From assembly GCA_030265395.1 (NCBI GenBank), contig JARFYF010000007.1:26498226-26562225 (forward strand): a stretch of 64,000 nucleotides of DNA. Direction: 5' to 3'. The DNA comes from Rhina ancylostomus. Taxonomy: Eukaryota. A model generated the notes under the pieces. The model was not told the origin of the DNA and made no database searches. It saw only the letters and a program-made list of their open reading frames with translations. The position numbers and the translations under genes were made by a program. Shown here in pieces: positions 12,001 to 24,691 of this stretch. Each line of letters opens with the position of its first letter. The first letter of the stretch is position 1.

Positions 12001-12476
12001 AATATCAAATCAGCACATTCCTTCTTAGATATGTACATGTTGACAGAAAATGGATCAGACTACCTAATACATTAATTAGGCCACTTGTGTTGCATTGCTG
12101 CTATTTAACTAACACATGACCCAACTGAAAGACAGCAGTCAAAACTGAAGAGGAAAAGCCAAATTATAGCAAAAAAGTTTTACAAAATAGCTAGACAAAC
12201 TAATTGGAAATAGATATTAGGAATTAGGTGCATGGGAAAGAAAAATACTTCCTAATAGCAATTAGTAGCAAAGTATTTTAAGGTAAATTCATATCTCCAA
12301 ATATCACCTGTACAGCATTAAAGCTCTGCAAGGTATCCATGGAGTGTTTTGAAACCTGTTATTAGTCTTCACAATCTCAGCATCTTTTTTGAGAAGTTAA
12401 ACCATGTACAAACACTATACACAATGTGACAAACATTTACAGTCCAAGGTTTCTTTCATAGTAATACTGTGAACAA

Positions 12477-12647
12477 TTAATTAGCTAACACAGGCTCCAT
12501 CAGCTCAGTTTTGTTCTTTACTCCTGACACCTTGGCTTGTTCAAGCATTTCAGATAAAGTAGTCATGGCTGCAGCAGGCTGTTTCCTGGGAGGAATGTAT
12601 CCAGCAAGGCGGGAGGCAAGACAGCGCTTAGGCCGTGGCTGTTTTCC
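12477..12647 (-). CDS. GTF3A: GTF3A exon 9 (C-terminal activation region)
   Basis: ccccacag|GKQPRPKRCLASRLAGYIPPRK...EPVLAN*. Matches the conserved TFIIIA KRSLASxLxGYIPP motif. Spliced CDS is 1167 nt, giving 388 aa. Confidence 0.94.
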   Translation of the reverse strand, partial: GKQPRPKRCLASRLAGYIPPRKQPAAAMTTLSEMLEQAKVSGVKNKTELMEPVLAN

Positions 12648-13452
12648 CTGTGGGGAAACAAAGTGCAAACTGTATAATAGAACTAAAAGTTGTCCTCAGA
12701 GACTGTGCTCCATGAACCAAATACAAAATACATGATTTATTTTGGAAAAATATCAGGTATCCCCAGATGAACAGTGAAAGGTCAAATTTTTCTGGTCCAG
12801 GACTTTACCAGTTGAAGACTTTTTGCAACTCTGCTGTATTGTTACACAATTTAACTTGGTGTGCCAAGGTTTTCTCATCAGGAGAAGTAGTGCTAGTGTA
12901 AATGGAAATAGCAACAAAGACTGAAGTTCTGTCAGTTAGATAATGAACTTATATTAGGACCTCAGCTAAAATGCACAAGAAAATACTTTTGCAATTCTGG
13001 TGAAGGAAACTGCCTTCTGATTAGCCAGAAAATTCTGAAGGCATTTTAAAACAATTGACCAACTATGTTGAAATTTCAGTTGTTATGAGACAAGAATTTA
13101 TTGGCCTGCAAGAGCTGAAGTGCCAAAAATTTCAAGTTTTTTTTTGCTTAAGGACATAAATCTCATTGACTCTTTCAAACACAATGAAGCATTTTTAAAA
13201 AAATGTCTTTAAATAGTGATCAACTGAGCTTCCATAGCCATTTTAGTATAAACAGAATTCATAGTCATACAGCTCTCTTCCTTTACTAAGATCTGTAGTG
13301 GGGAAAAAGTTCATGTTCACAAGTTACAAGAATGAACAGATCACCATTTGTACAAGAGTTAATACTAAATTACCTGCATGCAGCTACTTTTTAGTTCCCA
13401 ATATATTCACAGAGCACACTGCTGAATAAAAAATGTAAGCTACAATATGTAC

Positions 13453-13506
13453 CTTTAATTTCTGTTTTTTAGGGTCATGAACAACAGAATGGCGGTTCAA
13501 ACTTTG
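13453..13506 (-). CDS. GTF3A: GTF3A exon 8 (end of finger 9)
   Basis: ttcttacag|QSLNRHSVVHDPKKQKLK|gtacat; 54 nt. Confidence 0.93.
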
Positions 13507-13829
13507 CTGTAAGAAAAAAAAAGTGGTATTATTTTGATCATCTTATGCCATTGGTCTATTCAAAGCATGCATAGCAAATCAGCAGGGGGATTTGCTCCAT
13601 GAAAAATAATGTTCATAAATCAATACATGTATAAATTAGCCAAACATCAAAATTTGCTACATTTTGTATATAGGTGAACTGAATCTCTAGAATCTACAAC
13701 AACTTAAATCATAACTAATATTAAGCAAGCAGCATTAGTGTTCACACCAAAAAGGTTAGGCTGCTATGTAGAATCATTTTCAGTATTCACAATTAAAAGG
13801 TTTCCACTATATCCAAATCTAGATAGTCC

Positions 13830-15415
13830 TACTAGTGACAAGGCAGCACTTTACCTTAATCTTAGGAAATGAAACTGGTCATGTGGTGGAAGTGTCAGTG
13901 GGGGAACATGTTAAGTTACAAGGAAGTTAAGAAAAGGAATAAGGTTGGTCCTCAAGTTAGAAGTCCTAATTTGGGACAAGGCCAATTTCAATAGCACAAA
14001 GAGGACCTGGCAGAAGTAAACTGGAAACAGATGCTTGCAGGTAAAATATATCTGGTAATTGGGAGGTGTTTTTTTTTTAAATAGAGCAAGTACAAGTTCA
14101 GGGCCAGCATGTTCCAGTAAGAGTGAAAGGCAAAGATTGTATGAGGAGGGAAACTTGGATGACAAGATATTGAAGATTTNNNNNNNNNNNNNNNNNNNNN
14201 NNNNNNNNNNNNNNNNNNGAAGCAACTGAAATCAAGTGAGTCTTGAGAAACAGGGGAGAGCTTAAAAGCAATTGGAGCTGATCATGGATTTATGAGGGAA
14301 ATCTTGTCTAATTTGGAGGGGTTTTTTTATAAAAAGAGAGAGACAACTATAAAGATTAAAGGTGGCAGCACAGTAGATGTTGTCCAAATTAACTTTAGAA
14401 AGGCATTTGACAATGTCCCACAGAAGATACATGGGATCCAAGGCAAGCTGGCTAATTGGATCCATAACTGGCTTGATGATAGGAAGCAGTTTGTAATGGA
14501 AGGATGTTTTCTTACTGGAAGTTTGTGACCAGTGGTATGCTGCAGAGATTGGTGCTGGGACCCTTATTGTTTATGATATGCATTAATGACTGGTGGTGCT
14601 GTAGACAGCAAGGAAGGTTCTCCAATGCCATAACAGGATATGGAAGTGGAAAGTTGGGCAGAGCATTGGGAGATGGAATTTAATCTAGACAAGTGCAAGA
14701 TTATGCATTTTGGGAAGTCAAATGGGGGTAATACAGTAAATGGTAAGCAATGTTGATGAAAAGAGGGACCTTGAAGTCCATAGTTCCCAAGTGGCAATCC
14801 AGATAGGTAGGGCGAAGGTGGCATATGGCATGTTTGCCTTCATAGGTTGGGCCATAGAATCGGGACATAATGTTGCAAAGCACTGGTTAGATCACACAAT
14901 GCATATCTGATTACCACACTATAGGAAGAATGGGGTTGCGCTGGAGAATGCAGGGAATGTTTACCAGGATGTTGCCTGGACTGAAGGACTTCAGCATGGG
15001 GAAGACAGTGAATTGGGTGGGCACGTTTCTGCTGGAGTGAAGGAGCCAGGGATGATCTGATNNNNNNNNNNNNNNNNNNNNNNNNNNNNNNNNNNNNNNN
15101 NNNNNNNNNNNNNNNNNNNNNNNNNNNNNNNNNNNNNNNNNNNNNNNNNNNNNNNNNNNNNAAGAGGCACAGGTAATCAGAATCTTCATCCCCCATGGCA
15201 AGAGTATCAGGGACAAGAAGATATAGGATAGAGTGGTTGATACCTGGAACTTGTTGCCAAAGGAGGAGGTGGAATCTGATACAATCACCTAAGAGATATT
15301 TTGACAGGTACATAATCAGGTAGGATTATGTACATAATTAGGTAGGATCCAGACCTAATGGGGGCAAATCAGACTAGTGTTGACAGGCAAAGAGGCCAAG
15401 GGCCTGTTTCTGTGC
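13830..15415 (+). mobile_element. Decayed CR1 LINE in GTF3A intron 7
   Basis: Peptide VDVVQINFRKAFDNVP...HGIQGKLANWIHNWL (CR1 RT); CR1 3' tail near 15400. Confidence 0.85.
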
Positions 15416-15456
15416 AATTCTTATTTAAAAATTTAAAGTTTAAAAAATAAACTTAC

Positions 15457-15686
15457 TTTCATGGAAAAAGCTTTCCTACAGCCAGGATGTTCACAAACAA
15501 AATTTCGTTGTTGCTCATGAAATGAGAGAATATGGCTTTGCAGGTTGAATGATGTGGTATAAGTTCTCTCACAACCCTTTCTGGGACATCGAAAGACTTC
15601 CCTCTCTTGATCATGAATTTTAAGGTGTGCTTGAAGAGTGTCTTTCCGTTTAAATTTCTTACTGCACTTACTACAAATAAAGGCTT
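15457..15686 (-). CDS. GTF3A: GTF3A exon 7 (fingers 7, 8 and first half of 9)
   Basis: tttttag|[76 protein letters not shown]|gtaagt; 230 nt. Confidence 0.96.
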
Positions 15687-16142
15687 CTAAAAATAAGCAA
15701 ATAAATACAAAATTTACATTCTTACTGCATTTAATTGAGTACTTCCTGTTCTACATTTCATATGAATAATTGTTCTAATGAACCAAATGAAATTCAAACA
15801 TGAGTAAGCTAACAACAATGGTTTACATTAAACTGATCTACAATTAACAGGTTCTGAAACTACAGACACCTTTTTTTTAAGCTTAAAAACTATTTTTAAA
15901 AAAATCTTTCCAACAACAGCCTTTTAAGAATTTGTAATAAATGAAATTCAAAATACTGCAATGCTGGATATCTGAAATAAGAATAGAAAATGCTGGAGCT
16001 CTAAACAGGCAAGGCAGCATCTGTTGACAAAAAAGGTTTCAGGTTAGAGAAACAAAGGAAAGAGAGGAAGAAGACTTCTTCAAAGTGGGCATCCTCTTCA
16101 GGTTAGATCCTTTATCACAACTGGGAAAAGGAAAACAAATTA

Positions 16143-16439
16143 CAGGCCATCGCCTGGTTAAGAACACCCAACTTATGGACAGCTACAGACAAACAAGTTT
16201 CCGTAACATTATTAAAGTCAAAGTTCAACACATACATACATTCCTACGAATGGAAGAACTAGTTTCTTCTCCACTTTTAGTAATTGTTCTCTCATCAGTC
16301 TTCTGTGCTTTTGATGCTATTCATTACAATACTGTGGAGGTAAGGTTTCCATAAAGTGATTTTTGTATTTTCTCCAACTGGGGGATAAAAATCAACTTAT
16401 TAGAGAAACAGAACCCATTTGTTACCCAAGGACAGCCTG
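16143..16439. mobile_element. pogo/Tigger-like MITE, copy 2
   Basis: TA|CAGGCCATCGCCTGGTTA ... TTACCCAAGGACAGCCTG|TA; TA target duplication. Confidence 0.75.
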
Positions 16440-16869
16440 TAGTTTTAAGTTGCAGAGGTTGTAAGAGGGATGGATCAGTCAAAGGGAATCTCTCTGATAA
16501 AGAGGGGACAGATTGTTGTGGCAATAAACTGTTATGAAGCCATCTGGTTGACAAGATACAAGACAGAGAGAATGAACACAAAAGAACATGCAAAAGCTGT
16601 GAAATGCAGGAGGTATAGGAAATGCCCATCAGGTCAGGCAGTAGGGACAGAAAATCTGAATATTAGATTGATAGCTCACAGCAAAACCGGCCAATTCTGA
16701 TGAAAATAGAAAAGTTCCCTTTCACAAACATATTTACTTGGCTGAATTCATTTTCATGTCAAACTTCATCAATGCCACTCACTTTCTCCAGATCAAAAAT
16801 GTAGCCATAGAAACTTTCATACACTCAAGCTATACATAACTTTTCATGACATACATAGAACTACCCTAG

Positions 16870-17800
16870 CCAGTTTCATTCCTACTCAGGCTCCCTCCCT
16901 CAGCACACTGTTGCTTCTCTTACTCATAAAACTGAAAATACATTACTTTGCTGCCAATTTCCACAAGCTCTCACTTTCACCTGTTCCCTCTGACTCCTCC
17001 CTTTCCTTTATTGATCTCTGTACATTGATCAAGGGATAGTTTTGTGACAGACATTTATTATGAGCCCACAACTATCTTGACTATACAGTCAACCTGCCTC
17101 CTGTAAGCAGTCCATTCAACTTTCCCAGTTCCTTGTATCCGTCATATTTATTCCAATAGAAATTCATGGAGATGGCTTCCTTCTTCCTGAAAGGATAGCT
17201 TCTCTATCACAGTTGACAGAGCCCTTGACTGCTTCTCCTCTATTTCCCCTCACTTCTGCTCTCACCCTCTCTTCAGAGAGAGGATAGAGTTACCATGGTC
17301 CTCATTTTCCACCCCATTAACTTGTTTATTCAACAGTCATTCAGAATTTACGCCATCTTCAATGAGATTCCAATACCAGATCTCTCTTCCCCTTTCAACT
17401 TCTTGACAGGACCATTCCCTTCAAAATGTATTGTTCAATCTCCATTAATCACTCCCCTTCTCACAGTACTTTATCATACAACTGCAGAAGATGCAACACC
17501 TGCCCTTTTACCTCTTCCCACTATTCAGGGACCCAAACCGTCCTTCCAGGTGAAGCAGCAATTCATTTGCACTTCTTCCAATCTTGTGTACTGAATTTGG
17601 TGCTCATGATGTAGTTGGCTCTACAGTGGAGAAACCAAACACAGATTGGGTGACCTCTTTGCGTAGCACCCACGTTCAGTCCACAGCAGTGCCCCTGAGC
17701 TTTCAGTTACCGGTCACTAATTGTATATCACATCTGTTTGTGGCCTGCATTGTTATAATGAGGCCCAAAGCATGCTTGAGGAACACATCTTGCCATGTTA
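16870..17800 (+). mobile_element. Penelope-like element remnant (RT thumb to GIY-YIG)
   Basis: Peptides CRRCNTCPF and IQGPKPSFQVKQQFICTSSNLVY; reverse-complement similarity to 26100-27100. Confidence 0.75.
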
Positions 17801-18026
17801 TTACACATTAACCAATAGTACTTCCAATACTGCTATTGCATATTTTATTCCTTACCAATTCATTTCAGTTAATCTAGCCATTGGAATAAGCTAAGACAAA
17901 TTTCAAAGAATCATTTAAAATCAACTTCATTCCTTACTTGTATTAAACAGATTATACAATACAAAACAATATGCATTTTTCTTCTATGAAGGCTAATTAA
18001 CAGTTGATACTCATTTCTGTGGTTAC

Positions 18027-18110
18027 CTTTATGTTGCTTCTGTTTGTGACTAAGTAACTCTGTCCAAGTTTTGCCAATAAATGAACAACATTCCACTTTG
18101 CATGCATAAC
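18027..18110 (-). CDS. GTF3A: GTF3A exon 6 (finger 6, with the TWT 5S-RNA-binding motif)
   Basis: ttctgcag|YACKVECCSFIGKTWTELLSHKQKQHK|gtaacc; 84 nt. The KTWT motif is characteristic of TFIIIA finger 6. Confidence 0.95.
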
Positions 18111-18584
18111 CTGCAGAATGAAATGAATTTCAATTGTTAGAAACTCAAGAGTATATAGAAACACGTGCGAATGTCAAAATTGTCTTCAAATTCAATTTGG
18201 CATTTTCATTCATTGGTGCAATAGTTTCTAGTTTTACAATCAATGTTGACTTAAATCAGAGAAAAAAAAATTATTCCTGTACAAAAAGTATGCCTACAGA
18301 CAAGGTAGATGACAGTCCATTATACACAAAGGAAATATTTGATTGAAGTATTTCTAATTTTCAATTTTAAAGTGATTGTTTTGACATGGTTTAATACCAG
18401 ATCTTATGAGAAATCAAATGAACTGCTACCAGTCAGAAAATATATAATTTTAATCAAACTTAGGTAGTTTGAAAAGTTAAATACCATCAGCAACTAAATG
18501 GCATCAATGTATAGTTTTAAAAATGAAAGTTATTAATAAAAATATTTTCAAAACAGCACAAAGAAAATCAAGCATCCATTTTTC

Positions 18585-20170
18585 TTCCCTCTAAGAGACC
18601 CAACAGTGCCCCCTCTAATACTGATATGCCCAAGAATATCAAAATATCCCTTCCTGATCTCATCATCCATGTCTTTCTCCTTAGTGAATACCAATTTAAA
18701 GTACTCATTTAGGACCTCACCCACTTCCTCTGGCTCATGCATAAATTCCTTCCTTTGTCCTTGAATAAACCTACCTTTTCCCAAGCTACCCACTTACTTT
18801 TAAATAAGTATAAAGTGTCTTGGGATGCTCCTACCTGCCAAGGACATTTCATGACCCCGTTTAGCCCTCCTAATTCCTTAAGTTCTTTCCTGCTTCCTTT
18901 ATTTTCCTCAAGGCCTTGTCCAATTTCAGCTTCCTAAATTTTACATATGCTTCCTTCTTTTTGAAGAAACTTAAAATATCTCATCATCCCATGTTCACGA
19001 ACCTTGCTATCCTCACAGAAACATGATGGTCCTGAATTCTAACCAGCTGGCCTTTAAAGGACTCCCACCTCATTTATTGATTTACCCCCAAACAGCCACT
19101 CCCAATCTACTCTTCCCAGTTTCCACTTTCACATTATCTACAACCATCTTAAAACTGATGGAGTTATGATCACTGTTCCCAAAATGCTCCCTCACCAAAA
19201 CTTTGATCACTTGACCAGGCTCATTTGCTGTACAAGATTAGTACAGCCCCTTCCCTATTTGGACTGTCGACATATTGTTTCACTGTACAAGATGTGTTCG
19301 AAAAAATTCTGCCCCATCCAAGACTCAGTCAATAATGGGGGAAGTTAAAAATCACCCATTATCCTGTTGTTTTTGCATCTTTCCATTATATGCCTGCATA
19401 TCTGTTCCTCTAGATCTCACTGGCTATTAGGTGGCCTATAGTATTGACTGCACTTTTCTTATTCCTGAGTTCTAACCATATGGCCTCACAGGATGAGCCT
19501 TCCAAGATGTCCTCTCCAAGTGCAATCATTACATTCAGATCAGTAATACAACCCCCCACCTTTTACACTTGAAAGATCTAAACCCCAGAACGTTGAGCTG
19601 CCAGACCTGCACTTCTCTCAACCAAGTTTCTATAATGGCTACAACATAGTAGTTCCATGTACCAATCCAGGCTTTAAACTCAGCCTTGCCAGTTATACTC
19701 TTTGCATTGAAGGCATGGTTGCCACAAAAGGACACATGTTTAAGGTGCTGGAGAGTAGGTACAGAGAGATGTCAGTGCTGAGTTTTTTTTGCTCAGTGGT
19801 GAGGGCATGGAATGAGCTGCCGGCAAGGGTGGTGAAGGCAGATATGATAGGGTCTTTTAAGAGACTGTTAGATAGGTACATGGAGCTTTAAAAAAAAAGG
19901 GCTATGGGTAAGCCTAGTAATTTCAAAGGTAGGGACATGTTCGGCACAACTTTGTGGGCCGAAGGGCCTGTATTGTACTGTAGGCTTTCTATGTTTTTAT
20001 CAGTCCCACCACATTCTTTAACCTGATTCTACCCATTCTTCCTATTTAATTTACTTGAGCCAACCTCTGTCTTCCCTTCAACCTCTCCATCTGCTCTGGC
20101 TCCCACCCACTCTGCCACAATAGTCTAAACCCTCCTGAGTAGCACTAGCAAACCTCCTTGCAAGGATATT
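18585..20170 (-). mobile_element. Decayed CR1 LINE (endonuclease and linker) with a nested CR1 3' tail at about 19711-19996 (+)
   Basis: Peptides NAKSITGKAEFKAWIGTWNYYVVAIIETWL and EVGEVLNEYFKLVFTKE. The opposite-strand tail interrupts the endonuclease start. Confidence 0.8.
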
Positions 20171-21295
20171 GGATTAATCTTTAAATGTCACAGCTGAATT
20201 TGGAGAATGCATCTCGGCTCATCTGTGAAGCCATATGGGTGGAACTCAGGAATAAGGAAAGTGCAATTATGATGGGCTCATACTTTGTGATGATATTATA
20301 CCATAAACCTATCATTGCATTAAGAGCCACTTAAGCTTTTGCTCATGTACCTGACAATCAGCAAACCATTTTAATAAATCAAAACCAAATGTGGAAATTC
20401 AAAATCAAAGTGCTATAAACACCTGGGTCAGATATTCCACAAACTGTTTCCTGACTTGCTGAGTGTTTGCAGCAAACATCTTTCTGCTTCCTCACCAATT
20501 CAATCCAGTCTCTGAAAACATTACAAAAGACCCAATAAAATTAAACCAAAATTTACTAAAGTTGTAAATTTACAGTACACATCCTTTTACTGTGAAAGTA
20601 AACTATGCAAAAACCTATAAATTTTAAATTTTCCTACAAATTCTTACAGTAGAGATTATTCCACACTTTGTTAATAACTGGAATTTCTACTTTCTTTTAT
20701 AGAAATTTAGAACCAATTGAAAACCTCAGGAATCAAAGAATCAATTTATACAACACGTTAAGGTTGCCTTAACATTTCCTTATTATGGTGGAAACTAAGT
20801 TAGTCTCTTCCTTCGACTCTTATTGAACAGAGCCATTTTATTTCTGAAATGTTCTAAATTTTGAACAATGAATCATTACAAAGTGAACAATTCCTCCAGC
20901 TTTTAACTTACAATTGCAGCATGTGATGGAATATTTGCATAGATATTCTACTTTATAGACTGAACCAGCATTTTCACTTGCTGTTGAGGATCTTGTATTT
21001 TAGAGAGCAACAATCATACATGAGTATTTTGAGGGAATGATCCAAGAGTATGATGGAGAAAAAAAATTATTGGTGTACAAATCTTTTAGTCATTTGTACA
21101 AATGTACCATAGGTACAGTGAATAATTCCAATTGTAGCAAAACAATCTTATGCATTTAGGTAAAAAAAACTATGCCTGTGAAATCAGCCACCTTACATGC
21201 TAAGAGTGTTTTATGTCACTAAATGTTAATTAGTTGAGGAAACTCTCTTTTCCTTAAATTAGCTATGTGAAGAAACATCGGCATATAGGACACAC

Positions 21296-21369
21296 CTGCA
21301 TGCATCTTCTCATGACGCTTCAACTTGCTTGGAAGGCAAAAGCATTTGTCACACCCTTCATAATTGCAC
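21296..21369 (-). CDS. GTF3A: GTF3A exon 5 (finger 5)
   Basis: tttgctag|CNYEGCDKCFCLPSKLKRHEKMHA(G)|gtgtgt; 74 nt, following a 76-nt intron. Confidence 0.95.
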
Positions 21370-21445
21370 CTAGCAAAAGCAAGCAATAATCAGTATTTCT
21401 TCATTGTTTAGTAAAAGTGAAATGAAACCAAAGCTTAATACCTAC

Positions 21446-21534
21446 TTAAATGCTGGGACATGTGTGTGCTCATATTGATGAACTTTGAGTTGCTGATGTT
21501 TCTTGAATGATCTACCACATCCTTCAAAGTCACA
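21446..21534 (-). CDS. GTF3A: GTF3A exon 4 (finger 4)
   Basis: catacag|[29 protein letters not shown](K)|gtaggt; 89 nt. Confidence 0.95.
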
Positions 21535-22644
21535 CTGTATGATGAAATACAGATTTATAATTAATGCATTTTCTCTTGTAGAAATATGACAGCTCAAATA
21601 CCACCTCACTGTATGCAAACTCAAGAAATCCTTTACTGTATATAATTAATATTTCAACAACTTTGGTCAGCTTGACTCCAGCAGTGTTCATGAATAGATC
21701 AAGGTTCAAGCCCTACTCCAGAGTTTATTACAAAATCTGTGCCAAGTTTGCAGCTCCCTGGCATGCAGATGCTATACTGCCCAAGAGAACCTTCTCTTTT
21801 TAAAATGCCTTAAGTTGATGTAAAGCAATAATGGCCTTTTCCCAGTGTTATTGATTTATCCTTTTGTTTGATCGAGATATTAGCTATACTTTTATTTTAC
21901 ATTTGTAGAAAGATGCTGTATACAATTTTCTCTGATCCTTCCCAAAGTCACTTTAGAGTGATGCTACATACAGTCCTTTATCCCATGCTCTCACCTTGCT
22001 GTGTTCTTTCAAGCACAGGATAAAGGAGGACATAAGAAATTGGATAAACAACATAAAATTAGCCTATTTAGCTCATCCAGTTTGGGATATCCTGTGATCT
22101 TCAGTTAAACTCTCAGCTTTAATGTTTCTTGATCAGTCTAATAATAGGAGAGCTATAACTCCCTAGACCAGAAACATATTTTGCAGGATATTCATTCTTG
22201 ATCACTACTACACAATATCATCTAATAGTGATGCAGCAGAGTAGCTGTATTAAATTTTTCATTCTTCTTTTGCCCACTCATCAACTACCAGCCTGCCAAA
22301 TTTTAGTCTGAACTCAAAGATAGTTCACTCTCAGAGGATACAGCCTAACACCCATGAAAGTGCATTTCTTCAGTTTCAGAAAAAAATTGAGAAAACTGTC
22401 AAAACAAAACATTTTTATTTTCTGCTTGGCTTCGAGAAAAGTGGCTCCTGGAACTTCAAAACCAGGCAGTCACTATCCTTGCAACAATGCATCATTGTTT
22501 GCCAACAAACTCATTCAGAACAAAGGACACGTGCTCAATCCATACTTTTGTATGTTTGGAATGGTCCATTCAGGACTCTTATTTAAATACATTTATTGGT
22601 AATTCCGCAGTTTAAAGAACAGTTAAGGATAGAAGGTTAATTAC

Positions 22645-22738
22645 CAAATAAAGCTTTATGTTGTCATGCTTTCTTGAGAGGTGCTTCTTTAAGTTATCTT
22701 TTGTAGTAAATGTTTGATTACATCTTTCATCTGTACAC
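22645..22738 (-). CDS. GTF3A: GTF3A exon 3 (finger 3)
   Basis: cttgtag|CTDERCNQTFTTKDNLKKHLSRKHDNIKLYL|gtaatt; 94 nt. Confidence 0.94.
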
Positions 22739-23214
22739 CTACAAGGCATGAATTGTTAAAGGATGAAACCACATGAAGAGCTGTAAAGTTCAAACAAATC
22801 TTAAAATCTAATAAATACATCATACTAAGGTGTTTCCACTGGGATTATATATTTACCAGAAGAGTACAAATCAGCCTTCTGGCCTAGACACTCTAAACCG
22901 TTCCTCAAGCTTCACTGTTCATTAACCTCCCATCAATCTCATTAACCTCCCATCAATCTCATTCTTACTACATTGGTCTTCTCTGCCTAAAATCCTTCAA
23001 TTTTGATATCTTAGTCTGTAAGCAAGCCAGCAGCCTTGTGCTTTGGCTTATTCACACACAGATCTTCTGACACTAATCCATTGCTCATACCGTCTCTCTC
23101 TACTCCACCAATGATGGAAAAATCTTCAGCTGTTGTGGTTCTGAAGTCTGGGATGCTCTTCCTAAACCTTCCATTTTGCTCTCTCGCTCCACATTTAGAA
23201 GAAATATCTTGAAA

Positions 23215-23525
23215 AATTTGTCATCTCTCATACCCGATATAAAATTATGAGGTGCATAGATAGAGTAGATAGCCAGTGTCTGTTTTCTCCAGGGTAGAAA
23301 TATCAAATACAAGAGTATGTAGCTTTAAGGTGAGAGGGGAAAGTTTAAAGGGGATGAGCAGAGCAAATGCTGCCAGGGGTGGTAGTGGAAGCACATAAGA
23401 TAGTGGCATTCAAGAGGCTTTTAGATAGGCACATGAATATGCAGGGAATGGGAGGATGTGGGTCATGTGCAGGGAGAAGGGAGTAATTTAATTTGGAATC
23501 ATGCTTGGTCCTGTGCTGTTCTACA
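23215..23525 (+). mobile_element. CR1 3' tail fragment
   Basis: tttaaggtgagaggggaaagtttaaagg...ttagataggcacatgaatatgcagggaatg; near-identical family copy at 55260-55510. Confidence 0.75.
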
Positions 23526-24590
23526 TCCTAAATTAATGTAGATTTTCTGTTGTAAAACTCTTGTACTGCCCCAGTATTATGCTTAAATCAAAAACTCAAA
23601 TCACTTAAATACACCTTTTGATTATGATATAACTGGCTCTCTAGTGCATCTGGGTCGACATTGTTGAACATTATTATCCAGGGCAGGAATCTTGCACATT
23701 TACATTTCTCTATCCATTCCATTGCTGCTGGCTTTTAAGAATATAATTGGAGAAATTAGACTCCAAAGCAAAGGCAGATATGCAATATTCTGTTCTAGGT
23801 AAGGGTCTGCCCTGGGACATCTGCAAAGCAAAAACTCCTGTTAGTGTCCATGGGACAGGACAGACTTCCTCCAATTCCCCAACACATAGGCTAGCAAACC
23901 TGCCCACTGAACCATTGACAGGTTAACTTGGTGCAAGTGCAGCAGTCCTTTGAGGTAATGGGAAGAAATAGTTGCTGGGATAATGGCAAGTAGACCTTTA
24001 TATTTGAATTAATTCAGTTGGTTCAATGTGTTTGTGCATGTTTATGCTTGGCCCAGGGCCATAGTAACCTGGATTACTCTCAAATGCCCTTTGAAATGGC
24101 CCAAAAATCTACTCAATTGTATTGAAATGACTAAAAAAATGGATTTTGGACTAAGGAAATCAAAGTAGCAGTTTTAGAAAACCTGAATCAACTAGAAATC
24201 TGTATTAATTGCTCAATCCCGCTGTTGATAAACTTGGCCATATTCAGACTGTCTAGGAGGTTTAGCCTTTGAAAAAATATGCTGTCAATTACTTTTTTTT
24301 AAAATTTAAGTACAAAACTACCCCAAAGTTGTTTGCAATATCAAGGGGTCACAAAACCATGCATTTTGACAAGTTTGGGGCAACAATGCAGGAAACCAAG
24401 GCACAGTCAAGAACACAGGGTGTCTTTTCAGAAATTATCTGCTTCAAGTTTTATGACAAACTACGGGCCAAAATAACAAAAATACATGCAAGATTTTGTA
24501 TTATTTTAACAAAAGTTTATAATATTAAATCTTTAATATTTTTCTGTAACTCTAAAGAATAAAATAGAAGTTATTTTAACATATACTGAC

Positions 24591-24691
24591 CTGAATGGTT
24601 TTTCTCCTCTATGAATCTGAATGTGCCTTGCAAGGTGACCTTTTCTAGAATAGCTTTTATTACAACCTTCATATTCACAAAAAAATGGTTT
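24591..24691 (-). CDS. GTF3A: GTF3A exon 2 (finger 2)
   Basis: ccctccag|[33 protein letters not shown](R)|gtcagt; 101 nt, phase-compatible. Confidence 0.95.

Noticed and set aside
22920-22963. 20-bp tandem duplication cattaacctcccatcaatct (a similar 14-bp duplication lies at about 44247-44274)
   Set aside because: Ordinary slippage duplications with no sign of function.
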